A stretch of DNA of 64,000 bases, taken from the NCBI GenBank assembly GCA_043228905.1, contig JBHGNT010000012.1, positions 16,306,001 through 16,370,000 on the forward strand, read 5' to 3'. This stretch comes from Azolla caroliniana. Lineage: Eukaryota > Plantae > Polypodiophyta. Every line of letters begins with the position of its first letter. The first letter of the stretch is position 1. The notes under the pieces are model-generated. The model worked only from the letters and a program-made list of their open reading frames with translations. It was not told where the DNA came from and searched no databases. This document shows positions 10,186 through 23,172 of this stretch, piece after piece. A program made the position numbers and the translations under genes.

Positions 10186-12666
10186 AGAGGGCTGCCGAGG
10201 CGTGGGGCCGAGATAGTCCGGACACTCGGGAAAGACCCCACGACTGTACGATAGGTAGGAAATTTTGCTTCTCCAACAAAGGAGGGTGTATGATAGTCGG
10301 CATCGTTGGCCGAGAAAAGACAAGGGCGGAAGTGCGACTTCGAGCGTGCGGAGTTCTCGGCCCGGACGAGGAAATCAGCGGAGCCGTGGAGGCGGTCTCC
10401 TTCGACGACACCTTGGGGATGCTGAGGAAGGTAGCCGGAGAAGACCTTAACGAAGACCGGACGATACCGGTATGTTCCGAAGAGATGTACGAAGTCATCG
10501 CGAACTTTAGTCAGGGGCTCGGGTTGGATCGGACGGCCCGAGTTAGCACAAAGTACAAGACTGTGGACCGAAAGGTAAGGCCAGTCGCAGCACCCTTACC
10601 GGAGCGCAGCGAGTCCCGGATCAGAGGGGTTGCGTCGGACCCCAGTTTACGAGATCCGGCCTACATAGGACACACCTTCACCGACGGGACACTCCGGGAG
10701 CTCAAAATCGGTGGGGGCGGGTTCCTACTGCCGGCGGAGGAAGACCGGTTTCGGAGGATGCTCGGAAGGCACGGGAAAGCCTTCGCATTCTCACCAGAAG
10801 AGATCGGGTGCGTAGACCCGATGATCGTGGAGCCGATGGTGATATTCACGGTACCGCATGTGCCATGGAATCTCAAGCCGATTCCGGTACCGAGAGCTCA
10901 CATCCCGAAGTTGATGGAGCTATTGAGGCAGAAAGTAGATATGGGCATTCTTGAACTGTCAAGTGCCCCATACTCGAACCGATGGTTTACCGTAACGTTG
11001 CGCTTCATTCAAGACCTGCAGCCGGTCAACAGAGTGACCATTCGGAACGCAGGAATCAGACCGACCATAGACGAGTTCGCGGAGGCCTTCGCCGGAAGGT
11101 CGATTTACTCGGTCGGTGATCTATACTCAGGGTACGACCAGTTCCAGCTAGCCGTGGAGAGCAGAGACATTACGACGATGCGAACTCCCCTCGGCCTAGT
11201 GCGAATGTGTACCCTGCCACAAGGAGGGACTAACTCGGTGGCCCACATGGTGAATGCAATGAACAAGGTACTGAGGGATTGCATCCCGGACATCACCATG
11301 CCATTTCTGGACGACATCCCGATTAAGGGGTGCCTGGTGGAAGAGAAGGACGAGACAGTTGGGCCGGACGGATGCCGGCGATTCGTGGCAACACACATCG
11401 ACGACTGCGAGAAGGTGCTACAAAGGCTAGAGGATGCGAGGCTCACCTTCTCCGGGGAGAAATCGGCCTTCGGGCAATCGGAAATCCTGGTGGTCGGACA
11501 CCTATGTGGACCCTATGGCCGGAACCCGTCTCCGGCAAAGGTAGAAGCCATCTCCGCGATGAAGACCGACTGTAGCTCGGTTACAGATGTTCGGAGGTTA
11601 ATGGGGGCCTGCGCGTTCTACCACATATGGATCCCGCATTACGCCGACGTTGTGGAGCCGCTATACGGGTTGCTGAAGAAAGGGCGAAAATTCGAGTGGC
11701 GAGACGAGCACACGGAATCGATCCGGAAGCTGAAGGAAGCCCTTGCGGCAGCACCGGCGCTCCGGAAGGCTGTCTACGAGAAGGGTACCCCGGTATACAT
11801 AACGGTGGATACGAGTCCGACTGGGATCGGATGGGTCATCAACCAAGAAGACGGGGACGGCATTCGGTTCCCGATCCGATTCGGCGCGAAGGTCCTCAGT
11901 GAGCGACAACGAGGGTACGCCCAGGTTAAACGCGAACTCTGGGGTATCATTTCGGCGGTAAAGGCCGACAAAGACTACCTGATCGGGACGGAAGTGATTA
12001 TTGAGACGGATTGCCTGCCAATTCTCGGCTTGGTTTCCGGATGCGCGACACCGGACCTGGCGATGCTCAGGTGGATAGCGTACATCAAGTCCCTGGACCC
12101 GGAAATACGGCACATTTCCGGAAAGGACAACGCCATGACCGACATGCTTTCGAGGGCGAGGTTTGATGACGAGGGCGGCATGGTTTCGGAGGACGAAGAA
12201 GTCGGCGTGGACTTCTTCGAGGCGGCGTACGTGACGACCGATGGGACGAGCACTCCGGCACTTAACGACTTCGATGAGAGCAAGTACGACGGCGAGTGGC
12301 TCCAGATCGGTGGATTTTTGAGAACAAGGACGCCGGATGCGTCATGGACGAAGGACGAGGCCAACCGGATCCGGAAGAAAGCTTACCGATTCTTTCTCCG
12401 GGACGGATACTTATGGAAGCACCCGAAGAAGAGGAACGACGTCCCGCTCCGGGTGGTGGCGATGAAGGAAGAACAGGAGGAGCTGCTGACGGCCTACCAC
12501 GACAGCCCTTGGGCTGGACACCGTGGAACGTGGGCCACGTTCGAGAAGATAAAGGGGAAGTACTGGTGGCCGGGACTGTACCGGGACGTGCATCGGTTCA
12601 TGACAACTTGCGAGAGCTGTCAGATGCACTCCGTAGTTCGACATCGGGACGAGCTTCACCCTACGT
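10182..12666 (+). pseudogene. pol: A pol: RT, RNase H, integrase zinc-binding domain; interrupted by C
   Basis: ORF 10290-12731 is open back to the slippery site; FLDD, VDTSPTGIG and GHRGTWATF...CESC motifs; in-frame loss of PKKNG. Confidence 0.92.
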
Positions 12667-13365
12667 TGTCGTGCCCTTCGGCTCCGGATCGTTGCGTGAG
12701 TCGGGTGGGAACCGCCGAGGTTTTTGACTAGGAGGAAGAGGAATACAACTTAAGGCTAGTTATGAATAGTGGAAAGAGAAGTAAGATAGCAATCTCGTGA
12801 ATCCCACAAGTTTAGTGTAATTAAAACAATATTTAGATTATAAGAGCAATTAGATGGCAAAATTCGTGAATCCCACGAATATATTAGATTGATCAAAACT
12901 TGTATATTAATCAACAACCTTATACATATTTCTCTCCTCCTTATATAAAGATGGAAGAGGCTAAGCATGGCTTCATGCTTTTTCACCTAAAGTGTCCATG
13001 CACACTAAATGTGCATGTGATGCTTTGTCATTTTCTAAATATAGGGCTCATGCACGCTAGATGTGCATGAGTCATTTTTAATGGCACGTGTAAATAAAAT
13101 ATTTACACTCTAAAGAATACATGATTTTTACCTTTTAATAAAGGTATGTGTAAGGTCTTATGCGTATTAAATCTATATTTATAACACTAAAGATAAGTTA
13201 TTACAATGGTAAAGTTGGGGTTTATTTACGTGGAGGTGCATGGTTCAAATCTTGCCCTATGCACGTGATAAATTCTTTTGATATATTATTTATTTATTTA
13301 TATGTATCTAAAATCGGATATATTATTTTATGGTTTTCACGTAGTGTGTGGAATACACTACGACA
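12667..13365 (-). repeat. 3' LTR of element C
   Basis: TGTCG...CGACA ends; contains an A/B-box module at 13199-13252. Confidence 0.95.
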
Positions 13366-16300
13366 TTCGCCCCCTCCGAACCCGCACATCCTCCGGTATG
13401 TGCCGAAGTTCTCGATTCCCCATATCCGTCTTCACCCAAAGCTTCCTCTGATTCTCCCCTTATGTCGACTATGAGTTGTAACTCACTTTCTTCGCTTCCC
13501 GCATCACCGAGGTCTTCATCCGATTGCTCCTCGTTGTCGGCCTTGGCTTGGATCACATAGGGTTTGTCATCAGTCCGCTTCTTGAAAATCTTCACCCGCT
13601 TCCCGGCTATAGGCACTCGTAGTATTGTTCCGTCCAACTCGGATAGTCGGTACGTTCCGTTGTCGAAGACTTTCCGAACCTCGTATGGCCCGAACCACCT
13701 TTTCGCGAACTTCCGCATCGTTGTATGTTGATGGTCCAAACTACTGTCATAGACGATCACCCAATCTCCTTCTTCAATCCTCCTCGGTCGTAGTCGGTGC
13801 TTTGTGTCGAACCGGCTTTTGTTCCTTAATCGTGCTTCTTGTTGTCGGCGTATTGCTTCCGCTATGTCTGCCGGTCTTCCCTCTAGTTGTCGTATCCGGA
13901 CCGCGAGTAGTTCTTCCCGGCTCATCTCTTCCTTCCACGGTAGCATTGTCCATGTTGCGATCGCGGTTTCCGTCGGCATTACCGGTGCTTGTCCGGTCAT
14001 GAGTTCTGCCGGCATGTAACCGGTTATGGAGCTATGCGTCGTCCGATCCGCCCATAGTGCATACGGAAGCATCTGCGGCCAGTCCTTCACCTTTCCATCG
14101 CATGCCTTCGCAAGTGCTTTCACGATCGGACTATGTCCTCGTTCGATTTTCCCGTTGGCCTCCGGATTGTATGCTGTTATCAGCGATAACCGAACTCCGT
14201 GTTTGGCGAAGAATCCCCTAGCTTTGTCCGAGTCGAGTTCTCCCCGGTCCGCAATCACTTGTCCTACGCACCCGTACCTGCAAGGTACTTCCTCCAAAAG
14301 AAATTGGCATACTGCGGAACATGTTTTCCTTTGAAGTGCTCGACCTTCTACTTGATTCGTGAGATCTTCCCGAGCTAATACCAAGTATTTCTTTTGTCCA
14401 ATCCCGGTCGGCATGGCCACTATGTCAACCATCCACTTGAAGTTGATTGTCGGTGAGAATGTCGGATGTAACTCATCTCGATGTCGAACCCCGGAGTAGA
14501 CTTGACATTTCTCGCAGCTCTCCGTGAACTCCGCGACATCTTTGTACATTTTCTTCCACCAATATTTTTGCTTGATCTTCACAAATGTTGCCCATGTTCC
14601 TCGGTGTCTAGCCCAATCAGATTCGTGAAACTCGGACATTATCCGGTTTTGTTGCTCTTTTGTCCCGACTACTCGAAGTGGTATACCATCCGGTCTTTTC
14701 GGCGCCCTCCATATTAATCCGTTTTCCAAGAAGAACTTTTGGACTTGCCTCTTCTTCCTTCGGATCTCGGCTCTTCTTCCTTTATCGTTTGCTGAATCCT
14801 CGGCCTCTTGTAACATCTTTCCGATCATCAAGCTTTCTCCCTCGTATTCTTCTTCCCGGAATTCTCGGATTACGTTAACTCGGCATATGTGCTCCGACGC
14901 GAAGTAGTCTTCGGAAACTTCTTCATTATCTGATTCGGTTATGTCGTCTCCGAACCGAGCCCTTGATAACATATCCGCTACCGCGTTGTCCTTCCCCGAG
15001 ATGTGTCGAACCTCCGGATTAAGCGACTTGACATATGCAACCCACCTTAGCATAGCTACATCCGGTATCGTACAACACCGCATCATCCCGAGTATCGGAA
15101 GACAATCCGTCTCGATCACCACTTCGGCTCCGATCAAATAATCCCGATCCGATTTTATCGCCGACACGACTCCCCACAGTTCTCTTTTGACTTGCGCATA
15201 TCCACGTTGCCTTTCGTTGAGAACCTTTGCACCGAATCGGATCGGATACCGCGAACCATCCGAGTCGGCTTGATTGATGACCCACCCGATACCGGTTGGA
15301 CTTGTATCAACCGTTACTATGATCGGTCGGTCATAGCTCGGCTTCTTAAGTGCTTCCGCCCTCCGAAGTGTCTTCTTCAATTTCCTCATGGCTTTGGTGT
15401 GTTCCGGTTTCCATTCGAATTTCTTACCTTTCCGCAACAAGTGGTAGAACGGATCCGCTATATGTGCATAGTGCGGAATCCATATGTGATAGAATGCACA
15501 TGCACCGAGAAACCTTCGGACTTCGGATGTTGACTCGCATACTTCCTCCATAGCTTGAATCGCATCGATCTTTGTTGGTGACGGTCTTCGGCCGTAGGGT
15601 CCACATAGATGTCCGACCACCAATATTTCTTCTTGCCCGAATGCCGATTTCTCCCCGGAAAGTGTTAGGTGCACATCTTCTAGCTTTCGCAACACTTTCT
15701 CGCAATCATGAATATGGTCGACCACGAACTTTCGGCATCCCCGATCATCCATAGTCTCATCTTTTTCTTCTACCGCGCATCCTTTCATCGGAATGTCATC
15801 GAGGAATGGCATCGTTATCTCCGGAATGCAGTCTCGAAGCACCTTGTTCATCACGTTCATCATATGAGCAACCGAGTTTGTCGCTCCTTGTGGTAGTGTG
15901 CACATTCGGACTAATCCTATCGGTGATGTCTCGGCTCTCCACAGCTAGTTGGAATTGGTCATACCCCGAGTATAGGTCTCCGATGGAGTATATCGCACGA
16001 CCGGCAAAAGCTTCCGCAAATTCGTCCACTATCGGACCGACTCCGGAGTTCCGGATCGTGACCTTATTCACCGGTTGCAAGTCTTGGATAAATCGGAGTG
16101 ACCCATTCTTCTTCGGAACCGTAAACCATCGATTTGATTACGGAGCAGTTGATGGCTCTAGAATCCCCATCGCCACCTTCTCCTTGAGCAAGTCAATGAC
16201 TTTCAGAATATGCGCTCGTGGCACCGGAATCGGCTTCAGGTTCCACGGTACATGGTCAATCGTGAAGATCACCATCGGCTCCACTGTTCTCGGATCGACG

Positions 16301-16944
16301 CACCCTATCTCCCTTGATGTAAATGCAAACGCTTTGCCGTGTTGCTCCAACATCTCGCGAAACTGTTCTTCTTCTTTTTGTAATAGGAACCCACCTCCAC
16401 CGATCCAAAGTTTCTTCCGGGTCTCATCCGTGAAGGCATGTCCGATATCCACGGTCTTCCGAAGTGTCGGATCTCTCGAGACTTCTTTCCTCTTTTGTTC
16501 GCTATCGGCGGGTAGTGGTCCTGCGGCCGGTTTTACCTTCTTCTCCACGGTCTTGTATTTCGTACTTACCATTGCTTCTTCTTTGCGGAGCGTATCCGGC
16601 TCCATTTTCGCAATGATCTCGTACATCTCGACCGATTCCACCGGGACTACCCGGTTCCCTTGGCTTTTATCTTCCGCAAGTTCTTCAAGTCGTTGTAGCG
16701 TGCTCCCATAGAACACTTCTTCGACTATCCCCACGATTTCTTCATCTTCTTTTATTATTGATGCCGACCGCAACTTATCCTCCACTTGTCGGTATCCTTT
16801 CTTCAATCCTCCGGTTACGGTCGTGTACGTAGATGCCCCATCCGGGCCGATTCGTACTTGTTTTGCTCCGAGAGTTTTCTTCCTGTGTGGGGTAACAGGG
16901 CTTCTCGGACTATCACTTCCCCACTCCGCAACAGTCCGCTTTAA
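13323..16944 (-). pseudogene. pol: C pol (RT-RH-INT) with a stop at 16138 and a 14-bp frameshifting deletion near 15925
   Basis: ORFs 16138-16806, 15796-16080 and 13323-15905 are collinear with B pol. Confidence 0.92.
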
Positions 16945-18983
16945 AAATCCATTCTCACTTGGGACAAGAGTTCCCTCTTGTTCCTTTCGTGATTTGCCGG
17001 CACCGTTAGGAATTGGACGGATTTACCTCCGTTTTGGCTCCGAATTCGCGCAAAAGCCGCACCACTATCGAGCACCTTCGTCTCCATTTGTGAAGCCGTG
17101 ATAAAGGGTTGGCCGAGGATGACGGAATGTGAAACCTCATCTTGCACGAAGAAATTTTGGTCGATCTCGACATCCCCGATCTTCACCGTCACATCTGGAC
17201 AAGCCGCAAATAGATCTTCCGTTGCTTTGGTGGCCGCCCGAATCTTCCATCCATGGTTGGTGTTAATAGGCCACTTCCCCTTCCGGTAGAACTCCTTGGA
17301 CATCAAGTTGATCTCCGATCCGTGATCAATCAATGCTAGCACGGGTTCTTTGATGTTGCCGATTCGGACCGGAGTCTCCGTAGTCGCGCGTGCCCAATGT
17401 GGCCTTGTATAGTGGGAGTTCGGAATTTCGTCCTCCACTTCGGTGTCGTTCATTAAAACGGTGTTCGCATTCACCCTTGGAGCATTTTCCTCCGTACTTT
17501 GTCTTTTTCGCTTCACGAGATCCACTAGAAGATCGTGGAACTCCTTCTTTGCTATTCCGAGTAGCTCCCGAAGCGAGAAATCTACCCGGCTATCCAAGAT
17601 TCTTTCCTCGAACACTCTTTTCAAGTCGGTTTGTTGTTCTCTGTCCGAGGCGAGCTTGAATGCCGGAGTCGCCTTTTCTTTTCCCTTACCTCCGGAGTTC
17701 CAGCTTTCCGGTATCTTCGATGGCCCGGCCGCATCCTCCGTGCGTCGTCGTTTCTCGTCCACATACACCTTATGCAATTGACACAGGGCGTATATGCTAT
17801 TCTTGTCGACAGGGCACTCCCATCCCGTAGCTTCCCGGACGCCTTCCGCGGTGCTTCGGATCTCGTTGGAGTCGGTTTTCTCGGTGTTTTCCAGAACTTC
17901 CGGCCAAAAAGACGTCGTTGCTCTCAATGACTCCCCGACACATATTCCCGCGGTTGTCGCATAGTTGCTTCTTGCCGCCAATTCCTCCTCGAGCACCTTC
18001 TTCATGCCGCCTTTCCAGAAGTTCGGTCGGAGTGGCTTCCGAGAGTCCATCGAATGAATCCGGTTTCCCTCGTAGTAGATGAGATCCCGCCGTAGCGCCT
18101 CCTTATGCTCGTCGCAATCCCTCCGATCGTGTTCGGCGCTATCGCACCATATGCACCGTCGGTCCGTATACTTGGAGCTTGTGGGGCGGTCATCCGACGT
18201 CTTCACCATCGCGATCTTCAAATTCTCCATCTCCTTCAATAGTTGCTCCACCGTAGATGCATCAATCCCCTTCTCGGTTGTAGTCTCTCGAGCCCTAGGT
18301 TGATGGTCTTCCAATCCAGTTGTCGGTTTCGGAATCGGTTCCGAAACCCTCTTTTCCTCGTCGGCAAGCCATTGCCCCCTCTTCGTGTATCGCGCGACGA
18401 TATCCCGCACGCTTTCCCATGTTTCGGTGAGGCCGCTCTCCGTGGTCGTGTCCTCCAAGAGCACTCTGAGATCTTTCCGGTCCCGGACGTCCACGGCTCG
18501 CAAGAACATGATTACCTTGTCCGGTACGAGGATAGCTTGATCTCTCGCGGACAACCTCCCGAACCGGCTTTCGAATGCCGAAAACACATCAACGACCTTC
18601 AATCCCTTGTCCGGCGTCTCCACCCAATCTTCGAATCCCCTTCGCGTCGCCTTGGAGGAATCCTCGATGGCGAACGTCCTCTTTAGCTCTACTTCAAACG
18701 CCTCCCATGTCGGATTTTGCTGTCGTAGCCCATGGATGCTTGCTTGAAGCCCGTCGGTCGCCACCCGGTTGAAGGACGTCACTTGCAGTCCTTCCGATAT
18801 TCCGCACCGTAGCATCTCCGCCTTGTAGTCCCGAAGATACCGTGACACGTCTTTCCCGTTGAATTGGCCGTTTCGTTGCACGAGCCGCTCCACTAATGCT
18901 GCTATCTCCGACATCGCGCGGTGTTCTTGTAGCATGCGCTCGAACATCATCATCATGTTGCTAGCCTCCGGTTGATTTTCCAT
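16941..18983 (-). CDS. gag: C Gag-protease polyprotein, 680 aa, open
   Basis: Zinc knuckle CIWCDSAEHDRRDC, protease LIDHGS; ends GAU UUU UAA. Confidence 0.9.
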   Translation of the reverse strand: MENQPEASNMMMMFERMLQEHRAMSEIAALVERLVQRNGQFNGKDVSRYLRDYKAEMLRCGISEGLQVTSFNRVATDGLQASIHGLRQQNPTWEAFEVELKRTFAIEDSSKATRRGFEDWVETPDKGLKVVDVFSAFESRFGRLSARDQAILVPDKVIMFLRAVDVRDRKDLRVLLEDTTTESGLTETWESVRDIVARYTKRGQWLADEEKRVSEPIPKPTTGLEDHQPRARETTTEKGIDASTVEQLLKEMENLKIAMVKTSDDRPTSSKYTDRRCIWCDSAEHDRRDCDEHKEALRRDLIYYEGNRIHSMDSRKPLRPNFWKGGMKKVLEEELAARSNYATTAGICVGESLRATTSFWPEVLENTEKTDSNEIRSTAEGVREATGWECPVDKNSIYALCQLHKVYVDEKRRRTEDAAGPSKIPESWNSGGKGKEKATPAFKLASDREQQTDLKRVFEERILDSRVDFSLRELLGIAKKEFHDLLVDLVKRKRQSTEENAPRVNANTVLMNDTEVEDEIPNSHYTRPHWARATTETPVRIGNIKEPVLALIDHGSEINLMSKEFYRKGKWPINTNHGWKIRAATKATEDLFAACPDVTVKIGDVEIDQNFFVQDEVSHSVILGQPFITASQMETKVLDSGAAFARIRSQNGGKSVQFLTVPANHERNKRELLSQVRMDF

Positions 18984-19000
18984 CTCCTTGCCACCCGGTC

Positions 19001-19018
19001 TTCACGTCGGGTTCACCA
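19001..19018 (-). promoter_or_regulatory. PBS of C (tRNA-Trp)
   Basis: Same 18-mer as in A and B. Confidence 0.9.
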
Positions 19019-19022
19019 AATG

Positions 19023-19721
19023 TGTCGTGCCCTTCGGCTCCGGATCGTTGCATGAGTCGGGTGAGAACCGCCGAGGTTTTTGACTAGGAGGAAGAGGAAT
19101 ACAACTTAAGGCTAGTTATGAATAGTGGAAAGAGAAGTAAGATAGAAATCTCGTGAATCCCACGAGTTTAGTGTAATTAAAACAATATTTAGATTATAAG
19201 AGCAATTAGATGGCAAAATTCGTGAATCCCACGAATATATTAGATTGATCAAAACTTGTATATTAATCAACAACCTTATACATATTTCTCTCCTCCTTAT
19301 ATAAAGATGGAAGAGGCTAAGCATGGCTTCATGCTTTTTCACCTAAAGTGTCCATGCACACTAAATGTGCATGTGATGCTTTGTCATTTCCTAAATATAG
19401 GGCTCATGCACGCTAGATGTGCATGAGTCACTTTTAATGGCACGTGTAAATAAAATATTTACACTCTAAAGAATACATGATTTTTACCTTTTAATAAAGG
19501 TATGTGTAAGGTCTTATGCGTATTAAATCTATATTTATAACACTAAAGATAAGTTATTACAATGGTAAAGTTGGGGTTTATTTACGTGGAGGTGCATGGT
19601 TCAAATCCTGCCCTATGCACGTGATAAATTCTTTTGATATATTATTTATTTATTTATATGTATCTAAAATCGGATATATTATTTTATGGTTTTCACGTAG
19701 TGTGTGGAATACACTACGACA
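19023..19721 (-). repeat. 5' LTR of element C
   Basis: Direct repeat of 12667-13365; consensus B box GGTTCAAATCC at 19598-19608. Confidence 0.95.
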
Positions 19722-19725
19722 ACGT

Positions 19726-20693
19726 ACCCGCCGACCATCTACTTCAAATGGATGGTAGATCTGGTGACGATGCCGATGGGAGTGGGACAGATGCGGTACC
19801 TGGTCCTGGCTCGGGAAGATCTGACGAACCAAGTAGAAGGCCGAGCCCTTCAAAACAAAACGACCGCGGTCGTATGTCGGTTCCTGATTGAGGACGTGAT
19901 ATGCCGGTACGGGTGCGTCGGGAAGATAGTGGCTGATCGCGGGGAGTTGGACGCCGAAGAGGCCGAGGAGCTGTTCGACCGACTAGGAGTCAAGCTCTCG
20001 CTCACCACTGCATACAATCCGGAGGCGAATGGGAAGGTGGAGCGCGGACACGGACCGATCGTCAAGGCGTTAGTTCGGGCATGCAGACGTTAAGTCGGGA
20101 ACTGGCTGCGGCTGTTGCCTTACGCGTTGTGGGTGGACCGAACTACGCACAGTTCGGTAACCGGATTCATGCCGACAGAGCTCATGTTTGGGCAGAAGCC
20201 GATCATGCCGATGGAACGTACGATCTCCTCCTGGGCAACCGTGGACTGGAGAGACGAGATGAGCTGGGAGGAACTGTTGACGGCGCGCATACGGCAGCTC
20301 GAGCGAAGACCGGAGGACGTGGAGTAGGTTGCGGAAAACCTTCGGGTGGCAAGGACGAGGAACAAAGCCCGGTTCGACCGGACGCACCGGCTCCGACCGA
20401 AGAAGATCGAGGAAGGCGACTGGGTGCTAGTCTACGACAGCAGCCTCGACAACCAGCACCGAGCGACACGGAAGTTCGCAAGAAGGTGGTTCAGGCCTTA
20501 CGTGGTACAAAGCGCCAACGACAACGGGACGTACCATCTGGTGGAACTCGACGGTACGAGAATGGCGATACCGGTAGCTGGGAAGCAGATCAAAGCGTTC
20601 AAGAAGCGTCACGACGACGAGCCGGATTCGATTGACCTGGACCGGGACAACGAACGATCCGAAACCGAAGAAGAACCGACGGGCGGGGAATAA
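19726..20693 (+). pseudogene. pol: A integrase core and C-terminal domain, disrupted
   Basis: FKWMVD...IVADRGE...NGKVERG and GPY/F-like RRWFRPY; frameshift near 20085 and stop near 20325. Confidence 0.9.
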
Positions 20694-20766
20694 AGGCTGG
20701 ACCGGTTTTCTCTGTCCCAACTCAATTTGGCGCATGCCGGTGGATGCGCAGTTAGGTGGGGGCGGA

Positions 20767-21379
20767 TGTCGTGAAGAAAACCGTCCACAAGCGGAATCGG
20801 TGCACCGGAGCGTAGGAACCGGCTCTTCATACACGTGCGCCTTATGTTGTACATAGAAGATCCTCGGTAGGTAGGAAGTTAATAGGAAACGGCTCCTTCC
20901 TTGCCTATAAAAGGAGGGAGACAAGGAGGGGAGAAGGGATCGCGAAATAAGAGAGGACGAACTGCTGTCGGATTGTGGGCCGAAGGCTTCTCTCTCTTCC
21001 AAACTCCATAGCTTCTTTCTGTGCAGGTTTTGGGAGGCTCGCGCTGCTCTGAGGAATGCCCGAGTGCTTCCGGCAGCACCTCCAATTTACTTCTTTCTTT
21101 CTGTGCGTTTACGAACAGGCATCGGCATCTGTTCGCCGGCCTGTTCGGTTGTAACCGACTTCGTGTTTTTGTTGTTTGTCTCTGTTAATATTCACATACA
21201 TTCCTTTGTGTCTCTCTGTGTTGGTTTCCCGCTCGCGTCTTCGTGTCGAAGGGTCGTGTCCCTGTGGATCTACGCTCGCACCTAGTGGACCTCTTTCCTT
21301 CTCCTTTCTCTCTTGCTCTTCGGTACAAGACCCCCGAGGTCCCGCCTCATTCCACGCATCCGCGAGGAATACCTCGACA
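20767..21379 (+). repeat. 3' LTR of element A
   Basis: Preceded by PPT AGGTGGGGGCGGA (20754-20766), followed by TSD CCGT. Confidence 0.95.
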
Positions 21380-21383
21380 CCGT

Positions 21384-23105
21384 GTTCCCAGCCTCTTCGT
21401 AGGCCTGCTCTCTTCCTCCCTCCCGGAATGGTTTCCTGGAAGTCTGCTCCGCCCGGTTCTTGTCTGGGTCCGTCCGTCATTCTCTGGATTGTCGGGTCCC
21501 GTTCCCCTGTCACCACCGAGCTCTCCTATAGGACTCACGCCTGCACTCGGGCCGACAGCCGGATCAGTGTAAGGAACTCCATAGGACCGGCCTTCATTCT
21601 CTTGTACTTCTCCCGAACTCGTCGTCGCTCTCCTTGCTGCGTTCCCGTCTCGATCTTCCATCTCTTTTGGTCTTACGTTGCCTTGTCGGCCGAACAACCG
21701 AAGTCTCCGGGTAGGATGTGGCGTATCTGATTTCTCAACGTCTTTCGGTGACTCGTTCGGGCCACCACCCCCTTTTAGTGGTGCCAGTGGATCGCATCTG
21801 CGCTGTGATCAATCAAGCCCCGCCTGAGCTTGATTCTCCAATGTCCGGAGTTTCGGCTCCGATGACGACCTTGCCAAACTCGTTCCGAACCTTTGATCAC
21901 CTTCCTTCGAATTCTTGACCATCGCCCGGCCGGTCTTTCTCCCCATGTAAAAGAGGGCGGCTCGTCCCGCACCCTCTTCCGTATCGACACCTTCATGCCG
22001 AATCCGGCCTCGGTCGAACAATCCACGACCGGATTACACTCCATCCGAATTGGAATGTCGATCTTCTCGTGCCACTTCCGTCCTCGGCCTCCTCGCAAGC
22101 CGTTTCCCAGCCATCTTCACTGGCATCATGCCAGGACTCCTCGTCGGCGCCTTCCTTCTGTCCAGTCTCATGTCGGCACACGGGCATGACCGCCGGAGTC
22201 TCCGGAATCTGCGTGGAGGGCTCTTCTCCACTCTCGACCCTGTCCTCGGTCAGCAATTCTCCGCAAGTCGAGAGGGCGTTTTCTTCCGCACCCTCTCCCG
22301 TGGTACCGTGATACCAATCTTCTGCCATCTCGTGGGGAAAGACCGTCTCCTCGGTCTCAGCTTGGGGCCTCGATCTTTCCTCTTCCTTGAGCATCGCCTC
22401 GAGAGCTGAGTACGCCTCCACAATCCTGGCCCCAACGCCGACCCTTGCCAGCTCCCTTTGCCGTTCGGCCTCTTCCCGTTGTGATGGCACGCCGTCGCGC
22501 GTCTTCCACTTAGCCTTCTTGGCTCGCTCATCATCTATCCGTTGGCACACCCTTCCGACCTTCAACCAGTCCTCCGTAAGCCCATTCGCTCCGTCATCGT
22601 CTTCGAGCTCCATCCCGATGGCCTCCCATTCCGCTTGGTCGATTGACTTGACGAACAATAGGACCTTGTCCGTCCCCACCAAACCTTGTTCCCGCTCCGG
22701 GAGCCGAGCAAGCCGTCGCTCGAACTCTCGGAACGCCTTCGTCGCGCCCCGGTGGGTCTTTGCCGATGCGACCCACTGGTCGAAGTCGTGTCATCCCCGG
22801 CTCTTCCGCCGTCCTCCATATGCCTGCAAGAGCGCCTCTTCAAAGGCCTCCCACGAACTATGAGCTTGTCGGAGCTCCTTTACTTCCGCGTGCATACGGA
22901 CGGCAACAGCCTGACAGAAGAAATCCAGCCTCAACGCTTTGTCGACGTCTCGCTCCTCCATTTCCGCGTTGTAGGCTTCCAAGTAAGATGGGACTTTGTC
23001 CCCGTTGAAACGGTCGACTCTTTTGACCCCTCGCTCAACCGCTTGTTGCGTTGCTTCTCGCCTCATCACCACTCGTGCTGACTCCAACACCACTTCGGCC
23101 ACCAT
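21384..23105 (-). pseudogene. H ORF: Phygy-type capsid domain plus long charged C-terminal region; continues in 1-243
   Basis: RFNGDKVPSYLEAYNAEM and DKVLLFVKSID...NGLTEDW align with B/C gag and with D; no zinc knuckle, protease or RT seen; several stops. Confidence 0.75.
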
Positions 23106-23150
23106 CGCCGCGAGGTCGTCGCCTTCTGACTACATCCTCCCTTGCCGCCT

Positions 23151-23168
23151 TTCACGTCGGGTTCACCA
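23151..23168 (-). promoter_or_regulatory. PBS of H (tRNA-Trp)
   Basis: Same 18-mer, 4 nt from the LTR. Confidence 0.9.
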
Positions 23169-23172
23169 AAGA

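Larger units (their letters stand above)
12667..19721 (-). mobile_element. Element C: Phygy-like Gypsy element, close relative of B, inserted in the integrase of A
   Basis: 699-bp LTRs (about 7 differences), perfect TSD ACGT at 12663-12666 and 19722-19725, PBS 19001-19018, PPT 13366-13378. Confidence 0.95.
244..21379 (+). mobile_element. Element A: Phygy-like Ty3/Gypsy LTR retrotransposon carrying nested B and C
   Basis: Two 613-bp LTRs (about 15 differences by eye), 4-bp TSD CCGT at 240-243 and 21380-21383, PBS, PPT, domain order gag-PR-RT-RH-INT. Confidence 0.95.

Noticed and set aside
15806-16711. 301-aa antisense ORF over C pol, and similar shadow ORFs over A and B
   Set aside because: Not kept open in the near-identical B; typical shadow ORFs of GC-rich coding sequence.
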